Positions 11,760 to 23,635 of a stretch of 64,000 nt of DNA are shown here, in pieces; positions within the stretch are counted from its first letter, which is position 1, and the number at the start of each line of letters is the position of its first letter. The translations under genes and the position numbers were made by a program. The stretch lies in assembly GCA_965649825.1 (NCBI GenBank), contig OZ287700.1:992001-1056000 (forward strand), read 5' to 3'. The notes beneath the pieces are model-generated. The model was not told where the DNA came from, did not search any database, and saw only the letters and a program-made list of their open reading frames with translations. Source of the stretch: Penicillus capitatus. Taxonomy: Eukaryota; Plantae; Chlorophyta.

Positions 11760-13985
11760 TGTCTTTTCCTGTGAACAAGACCTCAGCCCGTCTCTACCAT
11801 GTCGCCTTTTCGTGCTCGAGTCAGCAAGAATTCCCTGATGCGTTCCACCACACTGCAGATGTAGGAGTGGCCACACATCGGTCATCTCTTCTGTCTAAGT
11901 TTGTACAGATGAAGGTGCTGGATCCTGGTGAGAAGGTTCTTCTGTGCGATCTGACCGAGTGTCCTTGGCACATCGCCTGACAAAGGCGCTATACTGCTCA
12001 TGCTTGCATCACTTTGTAGCGATGCTCCATCAAACAACGCCTCTTCGATTTCAGTTCCGGACTCTGTTGCTCTATGTATTGACGGCTCCGGGGCGAAATC
12101 GACTTCTGTGTCTGCGACGTCGTCTACAGCATCCTCTGGTGGAGGGGACATCACAGGTTCGGTTGAAATCTCATCATCGGACGTTCGAGAAACGGCCTTT
12201 AGAGTTGCAGACGCGCTTTCGTCCATCATTTCTTCGTCGTCTTCGAAGGAAACGACTGAGGCAACGATCACACGATCTCCCGATTCGTCCGCTAGAGCAG
12301 CTGTTACCGCCGGTGGAGATATTTCCGATGGCTGTGCATCGATGAAGTCTTCTTCGACGCCGCTGTGTAGAACAACGTCCGAGAAATCGATATCCTCGCT
12401 TGGCGATTCCTCGATCGAAGGCCCTTCACCGTCCAACTCCGATTCGAGAGGGCTTCCTCGGACATCCGATTGAGTGTACGAGGGCTGAGCCGAAACTGAG
12501 AAATCGCTGTCCTCCTCTCCTGGGACGTATTCGTCGCTGACACTCGAACCGGAGGCGATGTCGATCTGCTCCAGAGGATAACGCCAATCGTCGTCTTGTG
12601 GTTCTGTCGCGACAGGGAATTCAATGTCATCGCTCAGTCGTAGCGTCTCTTCAGAAATTTCTTCCTGGCTCGACGAAAGAGCATACGCATCATCAGCCAT
12701 CGGAAAACTATCATCTTCGGTGCTAGGAAGAGCGTCGATCGGCTCTGCATCTCTCGGTATGTTGTCGACCTCTATCAAATCGGATGGGACTGGAGTAGGA
12801 GGATCAGCCACAGCGATAAGGCTGGTCTCTTTTTCCGTCACTGCCTTCGTTTCGCCGCCTCGCTGACCCGAAACACCAACATCGTCTGCTCACCACATCA
12901 ACTCAATGCGTTCGACGATAGGCTACGGGGACTCCGCTCACCGACATCTGTGGATTCTATTCCGCCGTCATCTTCGGCGATGGATCCGCGACTGGTGTCG
13001 AAACGCTCGTCGAAGATGCGCAGCTTTGGAGAGAAGGGCAAATCCAGAACGGCGATCAGCTTCATGTCGGTGGCAGCGCCGGACGGCACAAACATCGAGA
13101 AACGCGAGGCGGTGCCATCATAGCTTCTCTCGACGATCTCATACGTTCGAGCAATCAACAGCTTTCTTCCGACATCGAATGGCTGTGACTGTTCTTCATG
13201 AGTGAGCTTTATTTGCAACACCGTCGTGTTGGCATTCAAAACGTCAGAGAGCTCCACAGCGTCGATCTCTTCTTCGAATCGCACGTAGACGCTAAACTGG
13301 TAGCAGTGATTCTTCTGCAATGCATGACCGGTATCGAATGTGCCTCTGACGTCGGTGACGATCGTGACGCTGCTGAAGATTCGCCACGGATCGAGGACGG
13401 TAACTGTGGCGACTGGATGTGGATGACAATTGCTGTCGCGTCTTAGGATGGACGCTAAACGCATCATCGCTGCGTCGCGAACGGCAGGCGTTGCTGTGAG
13501 CTAATCGACATCGAATGAGGAAGACACGTGTGTTCTGTTCTCGAAGCGAACGGGCGTTCTTGATGTTCATGAACACGATTTTGATCGTACTTCGGATTCA
13601 TTAACATGAACCCATCCTACTTAGGCAAACGCGCTTGTCATCGAATCTAGACTTTTTTTCTGCTGTCTGGATGAATCTAACGATTTCCGGCGTCGCCAAA
13701 TTACCTCCCGTCGTTTCCTCTTGTCGACGCGCATCGATCGCCGTGATGAGATTCGCCGATCGCCTTCGAGTGTCGATCGCCGTCACATCAATCGCCTTGG
13801 ACGATGGAGAGAGAATAAAGTTGGTTCCTATGCTGTGATCATGCGTTCCCACAGACAGGACGAACAGAATGAATGACTAGCAAAATAACAGTCCAGCAGA
13901 CGAACTAGACGATCCATCTCCGGTGTGACTACAAACAAATAAACGATCGTTCCATACAGCAAAATGCGAATTGTATATAGCGAGC
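11760..13985 (-). pseudogene. Truncated pseudogene copy of the acidic-stalk membrane protein (intact paralog at 46776-50523)
   Basis: TAG at 13905-13907 replaces the TGG of copy B (49620-49622) in the first hydrophobic segment, and further indels follow. A 650-bp deletion at GTGG 11867-11870 removes the second TM helix. The 5' exons are absent because the duplication ends here. Confidence 0.8.
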
Positions 13986-14164
13986 ACGCTTGCTCGGCGT
14001 ACACCGAAGCTCGCAGACGTGGTAAAACAGGTAGATTTCGCTTTTCCGGCGACGCAGAAGACAGGTTATGTAGAGTGCGACAGCAAAGAAGCGGCTCGTT
14101 CTGAATTACGGTTCCGAGAAAAAAGTCGCGTTTTCGTCGGCTAAAGAGGTTAAAGGGGAAGTCG

Positions 14165-14380
14165 ACAAAAGTTTTTGTCCGGGTGGTGACCCTATCGTCG
14201 GCCCCCGAACTTAGCGCGACGTTGTCCTTTCCCCGCCGTAACCCATCCAACTCGGCGCGGGCTTGCCAGACTCAACCGGGTCAACTCTGATGGGACACCC
14301 TCCTCTGAGTCCGGCGCAGGAATCGAACCCCCGCGGTCGTACTTCTCGAACTGGTCCAACTGCACCATCCGCTTCGGGTC
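14165..14380 (-). ncRNA. tRNA-derived / Pol III type-2 promoter element (SINE-like or unknown small RNA)
   Basis: Minus strand: A box TGGTGCAGTTGG (14367-14356), then a perfect B box GGTTCGATTCC (14329-14319) 26 nt later. A GC-rich body follows, with the first T4 run at 14170-14167 inside the palindrome GACAAAAGTTTTTGTC. No acceptor stem and a shortened anticodon arm, so it is not a functional tRNA. Confidence 0.4.
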
Positions 14381-14427
14381 GATCCCCACAGTTGCGAAGA
14401 CGCCGTCGCCAACTTATGCGCACCCGT

Positions 14428-14582
14428 GACGACTTTCCCGAGCTATTCTTGACGACTTTCTCCACCGATCGCCCTACATCTATGACGACTTCGCCGACGA
14501 CTTTCCGACGACTTTGCCTCTCAGCTCCTCATCATCCACGACGTCTATGACGGCTGAACTTTATGCTTAGCAGACGACTTTG
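14428..14582. repeat. Cluster of six GACGACTT motifs
   Basis: Occurrences at 14428, 14451, 14484, 14496, 14507 and 14573, with irregular spacing that covers different frames. Confidence 0.75.
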
Positions 14583-15529
14583 CCGCTCGTCCGTCACGCT
14601 TGTGTGACGATCGTTTGATGACTCTGATAAGTATTGCACAAAATCATAAACTGTTTTGTACGATGGTTCTTTGCAATGAACTCTTTTTGGCGCCTGTTAA
14701 GATCGTAGCTTCATCAAATAAGCATAGCTTTGTGGAATTATCATTTGTCAAAACTGAATTTTGCCTCGCTGACGTCCGACATTAAGAAAGATAGCATGCC
14801 GATTTGAAGACCTGTGAATTTTCGCAATGAGATAGATACTCTGTGTAATAAACGAACGATGTTGTCAACCTGTTTTTGCGATGACAGTCGACTCCTGATT
14901 TCTAGATGGCTTGGATACACTTCGTCCAAGCCTTTTTATCGTGATTAACATGGAGACGTTCTCTAAGAAAGAACCCCTCTCTTAGATAGGCACTTACAAA
15001 TTCAGATCTGATATCTCCTTCTCTTCGGCATTCGGCGATCGACCGATCAGAATATTCTCTCAAAGCAAGGAGTGCTATTCGTTTTGCTTATTTCCCGAGA
15101 GCTTCTGATGTGACAAGGACAAAAGATTCACGCATCTGGCAACGCTTTTCACGCCGCAGACTCTGTGGAGGATGAAACGCTGACTAGATTGAAGGATACA
15201 AGCTCGAACGCGCAGGCAGACAGGAACACGACAGAATGATGAGTCGTTAAACCAAAGGAACAAACAGATCGAGCAACACAAAACGGAAGATGTGTAAGAT
15301 CGTGCAAATGTATCCTATCCAACCATCTCCCAGCCAAAATTCTGTTGTGCTACAATGCAACAGGGATGACGAATAGAAAAGAAAATGCGCAATTTGACTA
15401 CTGCCAAGTGAAATCACCTACAACGCTTTCTCAGGTGCAAATGGAAAGTTAAGGAACAATCGGGGCATTGTCCACCCTATAGGAGACAGCTTACAGCATC
15501 GTTTGAATGGGCAACTGCCGCACGGACCT

Positions 15530-17640
15530 TCAGAGCGAAAGAATGTTCTTTATAATTTCCAATACCTCCGTTGTTGTGTCTAACACTTTCTTAGCAATGG
15601 CGAGTTTGTCGCCGACACCAGATTCCTCGTCTACTGCGTTCTCGTCTGCTTTGATCGTCATGTTCATGGCGATCACAAAGAAACCGCTCTTCAGAAATCC
15701 GGAAGACGACTCTGTTAATCTCCTAACTGGGCAGAAGTCGTCTCCCCAGGCCCCATATTGGACAGGTACAGCTTCGTGATTCTCTGCAGAGACACAAAGA
15801 TCCGTTCATTGCGTAAACCGTTACAGAAATGCATTCCGAATACCAAAGTGGATGATGTTGTCTTCTTCGTTTTCAAAATTGGTCAGTGTGAAAGTGATGT
15901 CGAATTCGACAGCTGGCACATCCGTGGCATAGACATGAGACTCAAGAATACCATTCTCTTTGTGATTGACAGCAATGCTCCTGAACACATAAGCGTGCTT
16001 TCCGGTAACAATAGGAGCGATGCATTCGTACCACGCAACACCAAAAAGGGAGAAGAGCTTCATGGAGAATCGAGTTCCGCTCTTCTCTAGCATAGAACGG
16101 TGTAAACACAGCTGCGCAGTAACACAGGCAATCCATCGAAGATCACTGAGGAGATTGAAGGCGATCACCTCGCAGGTAAAATTCAATCCTTTTCTAGAGA
16201 TCAGGTAAGCATGTGCTACGGCACCTCTCTTACCAGAACCATACTTCGCTGAAAGACAAGAAGTGAGATAGATTTCGCGATGTGGCGTTTACTTTCGTCG
16301 TTCATTTTCGTTTCTGCGTCGATCCAGGAGGTGAGATCGATTCCTCGACCCCTCTTCTCACGCAGCACTTCGCACGCGGCGTGACGGTAGTTGCAACCAT
16401 TAAGTGTCACTGAAAGAGTCAAGCAGCCGTGATCGTCCACAAAGTCGGAGTCGTCGACAAGAAGGTTACGGCCATCCAAGACGCGCACGCTTCTTCCTTC
16501 AGCGGCGGCATCGAGTTCCTCCTCGATGTCTGCGAACGTAGCATTGATGAAGTGAATGTCACTTTTGAAAGCACCTTGAGTGAGGTTGTTGTTTGAGTAT
16601 CGATGATTCGTTATGCGAATCGAGCCATTCACCCAACACGGACGGCGACTCGTGCTTCGCAAATAGACCTTCAAACGGTCAAATGCCGCTAATGCATCAT
16701 CTCTGCGGATTTCCAATCTCCTGAGGAGATGCAGTTAGGAGCAAGGGACATTGCAAAGGGAGATGCTCACATCTTGCACCCCCCGACTCTGAAAACGTTA
16801 CTCTTGATGATCGATGGACTCATGTCGCGTATGTTCTTGAGCTTCCACTGAAACGACAACGGATGTTGGGCAATGAACATCCTCTACGATCCAGCCTTAC
16901 TTCGCAGGTTGTCGACTCGTCGACGACGGACGCCCGGAACGATTCATTGTCCGGCTGCTTGATTCTCAACTCCAAACGTAGCGAAAAATATTCGTCGTCC
17001 AAAAATCCTGCCGAAGGATCGTCGATATCTGCCGTCGCCGCCAGGACGGAAAGCTTTTTGTGACGCAGCCAGCCGAGATTTCCAGATTTCCCTGCGGGCG
17101 TGCGAACTGGAGGATCTAGAAACCGTCGCCTCAATTGACATACCTATCCTCACACTTTTCCCTGCGTCGAGATGATTAAGAAGTGTAAAGGTGTGATGCG
17201 CCGCGGCTCCATCTCTATTGAGCGATAATAGGCAGACGAACAACTTCCCCTTAGCATGCTTAACGCGGACGTACCTCAAGCACACATGAGGTTGTCAGAT
17301 AGCGACGGACTGGATGGCGTGCTTGCCACACCATTGCTGGCCGTCCACAGTGAACGCCTCCAGATCGCGCGTTTGTTTCTTGGCGTTAAAGAACGAACGA
17401 TGTATACGGCACTGTCGCACAGGAAACCGTTTCCGACGCGGAGAGTCTATTTCACTGACTTCTTACGTCATATGTTGCGTACCACTGGTACGTGTTCAAG
17501 GTGTAGGCGTATCGCACGCCATTGTCGGCGTGTTGTCCCTCTGCTGGTTGCACTCAGCAAAGAGAATAACGTTCGGAAGCCTCACCGATGGTTTGCATTT
17601 TGGCCGACAAAACGGAATCGACGGCGTAGGAATTTGACTT
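15530..17640 (-). CDS. Multi-exon protein with about three tandem MATH (TRAF-C-like) domains; 5' end approximate
   Basis: Spliced FTVDGQQW|YVRVKHAKGKLFVCLL...HHTFTLLNHLD...GWLRHKKL...AGFLDDEYFSLRLELRI. Second unit LKVYLRS...VNGSIRITNH...SDFVDDHGCLTLSVTL. Third unit VEFDITFTLTN...WGDDF...SGFLKSGFFVIAMNMTI. All match the MATH beta-sandwich pattern. TGA at 15530-15532. Confidence 0.7.
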
Positions 17641-18227
17641 GGAGGTTTGGAGTTTGGATGAAATGGATGCCGTCAGCCAACGACTGTCGCGCCGACGCAA
17701 CAAGGAACACGTTAAGAATTCAAGAAGGCGTTAGTCAGAAGCAACTCACCCGAACAAGAGTTGTCGTGTCGACAAGTGAAAGAACAGACGAATGCGGAAG
17801 CAAGTGACCAACGACGTAAGCAATGCGCGCTTGAGAATAGGTGGTGGTTTATCGCCCGACACGGTCAGCCACTCGAAATGTACCGACGGAACGCTAATCC
17901 GGTCGAGTTGGCCTGTCCGTCGGCACAGACGGCTAAATAGTCTAATGAAAATGACAGAAAAGTGTTTTCGTGATGATTTTCGTGGTTGTTTGCGTGACAA
18001 TCATGATGCATTACCACACTCCCACTTTCTCAACCTCATACACGCTTCTAGAATTCGACAGCTTCGCGCAGCTTCCGGCAGCTTCATCTCCGTCGTTTAT
18101 CTTTCTTCCTAGAATTTGTAACGCGCATTCCGAAAATGAAGTTCTTCTTCGTCTTTCTGCTTCTATGCTCAATCAACAGTCCTCTTTGTGGGCGACTCAA
18201 AGGCCTGGCATATCATCACTGCGCACG

Positions 18228-21200
18228 ATGTCGTACAACAACAGTGGCGACCGCGTCCTCACGTCCGCAGTGTTCCCTCTCGTCGCCGTCTTAAGCACGG
18301 ACGTGCGCAGTAGGTTCGGAACACACCTCTCGAGCGACTCCACTGGACAAAACTGTCGTTTTGTATTCTGCCAATCAAAAAAGAGATGCCGTGAGCTTCA
18401 ACAGAATTCGTAAGGACGCGTGCCTCGTATGATTCGCTTCTTGCCTTGTAGAAGTCAGAGAACCTTCGCACTCTCCTCCAGTCTGACGAGTCCACCCCAG
18501 CAGCAGTCTCCGGTAAGGTCCCGCTTCTCCGAATCCGGTCAAGTGTGTACGTTCGGCGACTATTAGAGTTTGTCTGTTCTCTGGCGAGAGAATCGGTTAA
18601 CCGTTACAGACAAGAGGACGAAGTGACGTGGCTCCTGGATGATGGCTTTATAAGCGATGACGAAGTACATCTGCAATCGATTATCAACTGCACGACAGAA
18701 GGAGACGCTATCGTGTTCGATACGACCCGTCACATCAAACTGACGTCGACCGTCATCATCCCGTGGAACCTCACCCTCAGCGGTGGCGTCAAACGACCAG
18801 AGCGCATCGATGGGATGATACGCAGATCAGCGCGAAAGGCGACATTCATATGTCCTAAGAAAAACTCGGGCAGCTTCCTCATACAGTAAGACAGTAGCTC
18901 GACAAGGCAACTGTTCGATCTCGTATATGCTCAGGGCCAGCACCGTCACCTTGGCCAACATCGCATTCAAGAACTGCAGATTCGACGCTGTGGACGAACC
19001 TCAGGCGATCGTCGAAGTGACAGGATGCCAGAAGAAGGAAGAGTCTGGCGTCGTTGCGCTGCACCACGTCACCTTTCGCAACAACACGCTCATTGGATCC
19101 ACAGCACTGCGTATGTCGACACCGTCGTGCCGCGAGCTGGAGATGTTTGACGTGGAAATCGCAAACAACGAGTGCTCGAGCGAAGCGTGCGGCGCCCTTC
19201 TCGCACAGAAGAATCAGATCACTAACTGCTCGGTCGTCAACAACACTGTCACTGGCGACATAGAACAGCATCCTTTTCTGCTGTCTGCTCCCGCATCGTC
19301 CGATACCGTCGTCGAAGGGCTCAAGGCACGCGGCAACAGTCTCACGGTTCTTCGCGTGCAACACGGAGGGCATCTTTCATTGTTGAATTCGTCCTTCACT
19401 CAGAACGCTGTCGGAGAAGAGACCTCTGAATTTCCAGACAGCTCTTGTGTGCATCTGTCGCTGGCTTCTGTGGAGATCGTTGGATGCGTCTTCGATGAGA
19501 ATAGAGGCGAGCGGGGTGCAACGATCGCTGCCACGAAATCAAACATCACTCTTTCCGACTCCAGTTTCGTGAGGAACAGTGCCAGCACGACGGGTGGCTG
19601 CATCCACGCAGCGGGGTCGATGGTGGATCTCAGAAAGACGACGGAGGTCAACAACAGCGCCGAAACTGGCGGCGTCCTGTACGCGTTGGATTCAACGGTA
19701 AAGCTCAAGGATGTGAATATGTCTCGCAACAGCGCTTTCCACGGCGGCTGCATCTATGCGATGGCCTCTACGGTTCGATGTGTGCTAATGGATGCCAGCG
19801 ACAACAAGGCGAGGATCGACGGCGGCTGTGTTTCGGTGCGGAACTCGGTTGTGGTACTCAACAAGACAACTGCGAGATGCAATGAGGCAGGCGTGGATGG
19901 TGGCTTTATGCGTGCCTGGAATTCGACAGTGACGATGCGCGAGACCAACGCAGTCAAGAACAGCGTCGAAGTCGACGGCGGGTTTTTTGCGGCACGAAAC
20001 TCGACGGTGGCGTTTATACAGACAAATGCAACAGGCAACAGAGCTGGGTTTGATGGCGGATTTATCCGAGCGTTGGAACTCGACAGTGACACTGAAGGCG
20101 GCGACGGTGGTGAACAACACGGCCGAAAGAGGAGGCTTTATCTACACCTGGTTCTTTTCGACCATTAAAGTGGACGAAACGCGTGCGACGGACAACAGTG
20201 CAGAGCTCGGCGGGTGTATCTACGCAAGGGACTCGAGGTTGAAGCTCGAGAGAATGAACGTGGAGAACAATATCGCGGAGGAAGACGGCGGTTTGGTCTA
20301 CGCCACGAATTCGACCGTCGAGGTGCAACAGACGAACGCCGCCGACAATCGTGCCGATCGGGGAGGCTGCATCTACGCACGAGACTCGACCGTCGAGCTC
20401 GACCGTGTGAACGCGACAAACCATTTCGCCAGAGAAGACGGCGGCGTCGTCTACGCCACGAACGCGACGGTCATCACCCGACAGACAAATGCATTGGACA
20501 ACAGCGCCGGTGTCGATGGCGGATTTCTCTACGCGACGAATGCCACGATCGAGATGCAACAGACAAGCGCGGTGGGGAATAGAGCGGACAGGGGCGGCTG
20601 CATCTACGTTGAGAATGCGACGATGCGGATTGCGTCCTCCAGTTTTTCCACCGGCGAATCAAACAGTTCTGGCGGCTTCATAGCAGCGGCGAAGAACACC
20701 TCCGTTTTCGTTCGTGACTCCTTGATGACTGATGGATGGTCTGCCAGAGGCGGAGCGGTGTCATTAGATGACAAGTCCTATCTCGAGGTGCGCCATTCTA
20801 ACATTACGCAGTGCAGCGCGGACAACAGCGGCGGTGGTGTCACGGGAAGCCGCGACTCGACGCTTCTGTGCGTGGACTGTCTCTTTTATAACAACACAGT
20901 GGGGAACGGGAATGGCGGCGCTCTGCACTTCGATGCCGAATCTGATCACGCACTGAAGCTTCAACTGGTCCGAAGCCGAGTGGAGAACAACGCGGCCGAA
21001 TTCGGAGGTGACTGGCGTCCTGTTGGACAGCAAATAACAGTTTGGGTTCTCTTTCAGGGGGAGTTTATTTCGTTTGCGGTCAGAAGAGTGAGGAGTGTCT
21101 GGCACAGAGTGTCGAGTGTCCGTTCATGGCCTTGATCAACACAACGTTCTCTGGAAACGCAGCTGGTGTTGCCGGGGGAGCAATTTTCGCAGGATATTCG

Positions 21201-23635
21201 GAAGCCATCCGTATTTACGACGCTCCCTTTTCAGAAGGCGAAGACATCGATTTCCTCGAAGAAGAAGAGTGGAAAGCGATGAGTGTTATTGAGGAGGTCA
21301 GCGATATCTGTCCTTCACCACAGAGCAATCGGGCAGGCGTCTATGGCCATGCTATTGGAACTTTTGCACTCAGGGCGGAGCTAACCGTCGAACAGACAAA
21401 CAAGACGTCGATCGAAACGCGCGGAGAGGAGTACGCCATTGATCGGTATCGCAGCGGCGAGGAGCTGCCGTCCATGATCGTGCGATTCGTGGATGGACTC
21501 GGTCAGGGACCTGCACGAAGCCATACAATCGTCAAGGCCGTTCTCTCGTCGGCTGACAACTTCCTTCATCGACCCATTGAACTCTCTATGGACGACGGCG
21601 TAGGAAACTTCTCCAAGATCGAAGGCTACGTTCCATCGGGCAGTTACTTAATGACCATGAGCTTCACGGGTACAGCATTGTTTGAGAGCCTCTCGATACG
21701 TGTCATCGTGAAAGCGTGCTCCATCGGAGAAGTTCTGTCGAAGACCAGATCACTCTGTGTGGATTGCAGCAGCACGAGCTACAACTTCCATCCGGAAAAG
21801 GATACGAGTTGTGCGCCCTGTCCTGAGCGCGGCAACTGTGAAAACCATGTCATCACGCCCGATGATGGATACTGGCACAAAACGCCATGCAGTCGTCATC
21901 TCCAGAGATGCTTAACATCCCACGCCTGCAAATTCAAAGGCCGCTCGGAAGAACTGCAGAAACGCACCGAAGACGTAGAAGACTGTGATCTGGAGGAAGG
22001 ATGGATTGCAGAATACACTCAGGCGCAGTGCGCTAAGGTATGACACTCTTTTCGGCGTCAAGGGGTGCATCATCGGTGTGGATCTGCTCAGGGTCACAAG
22101 GGACCGCTCTGTGGATCTTGTGAAGACGGATACAGTTCGGCACTGTCTTCGAAATGCCGGAAGTGTATGGGCGGTTTCGTCAATGTGGTCTCCATTCTGG
22201 CATCGGCTGTTCTTCTGGTGGCCATCATGGGCGTCACCATCGATGGCACACTGAACGTCCTATGCACAAATCTGACATGCATTCACAGCCAGAGATCGCT
22301 AGCAGCAAACCTAAACAATGGTCCAGCCACGCAAGATGTCAGCACAGAGTGACGTCTACCGAAGTCTGAAAGGGTGCACCGTAGGACTCGGAGCTCAATG
22401 GAGTCAACGCACCTGAACTCGTTCTTGCTAAGTGGAAAGCTGTCGAAATGTTCAAGGTCTACATCCCGTCAGCCTCCATCTTTGCTCGACCATTGTCTGC
22501 AGATAACCTTGAGCTACATCCAAGTGACGGTTCTGCTCGCCTCGCTGGAGGTTGGGTGGTCCATTCCTCTGATTGTCATGGCGGAAGCAGCAGGTACGAT
22601 CGTGCATCCCGTTTCGTTCTCGACATCGCCGTTGTCGCAGAGTACATGAGCGGTCTTGCCTCCGAAGGCAATCGACGGGCCATTGTCTGTCTCAACTCCG
22701 ATCCGTCATCGTTGCATCCAACGACCCTGGCCACGATCATCAACGTCTGTGTCATCCCTGTCGCCGCATTTCTTTTCTGGGCGGCGTTGTGGACCGTCAG
22801 ATCTCTCTGCCAACGCAAAGATGCTTCACGACACTACCTAGCAAAGAGATGCCTTCTCTCTTTGATGGTGCTCTGGTACATTACCTTCGTGCCGGTACTG
22901 AAAGTCGCTTTGAGTGTCGGCCTCTGTGTTGACGTACATGACTCGCCGTACATCGAGGATGAGAGCACGACTAAGTACTGGGCGGTGGACACGAGCATCG
23001 AGTGTCATCAAGGAGACCATGCTCAGCTGTTCGGTTTTCTCGTCCTTACTTTCGTGTGTCCTGTCTATGGCGGTCTGCTCGTCCTCTTCATTATCATCCT
23101 CAAGATCTGCGTTCGGGACCTCATGAACGTAAACGGTTGGGCTTATGAGACGACGGGCTTCCTCTATCGAAGCTATCGACTCGGACGACTGCGTTACTGG
23201 GAACTGGCGATCATTGTTAGAAAAGGAGTGATCGCGTTTCTCGTATTCTGTGCACACCTCTTTGACAGTGTGATACCGATCACTGGTGTCGCGCTTTTTA
23301 TCACAATCGCCATCGTCGCACAGATTTTGACGAATCCCTACCGCGAGAGTTTCAAGAACTTGAACACGTTCGAAGTTGCGTCGCTGTTCGTATCTCTGAT
23401 GACAACACTGATTGCGATCATGCTCAAAGAAGACGATTTTCCGGAAGATTACACCCGAGGTGTCGCCACTCTCGTTTGCCTGTTAATGAATCTTGGCGCT
23501 CTTCTCTTTTTTTCGTACTGGGCTTTGAAAAACTGGGTCGTCTATGCAAAACTCCGCCGCGATGCAAGGAAGAATCGCATTTTTGTAGGAGAGCTAGCGG
23601 TCTTGGATGCTGGTGTACTTGATATGCGAAATTAA
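18228..23635 (+). CDS. Pmp-repeat (GGxI / FxxN) right-handed beta-helix + Cys-rich region + multi-TM (TRP-C-like) receptor-like protein 1; carries a +1 frameshift; start approximate
   Basis: ORFs 18545-18889, 18927-20168, 19987-21135, 21042-22043 and 22448-23635 are joined by ~50-nt introns. About 19 GG(C/F/A/V)(I/V/L) turns. CSIGEVL..CVDC..C..CP..GYWHKTPCS. TM block with GFLYRSYR..YWELAIIVRK and PY..LNTFEVASL. Extra T at 20073-20074. Confidence 0.88.

Larger units (their letters stand above)
1..13985. repeat. Segmental duplication copy A (left end lies outside the window)
   Basis: Position 1 (GGCGTGTGGCGGCTGGTGT) aligns to 35302. Colinear similarity continues through all the same ORFs (e.g. 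5884/41202, 7212/42497, 7556/42841, 10305/45582, 12624/48280) and ends near 13985/49705. Identity is about 90% by eye, with many indels. Confidence 0.97.

Noticed and set aside
14300-14380. Functional tRNA, SRP RNA, RNase P/MRP RNA or telomerase RNA
   Set aside because: The acceptor stem does not pair and the anticodon arm is about 8 nt too short; there is no SRP helix-8, P4 pseudoknot or CCCTAA-type template motif.
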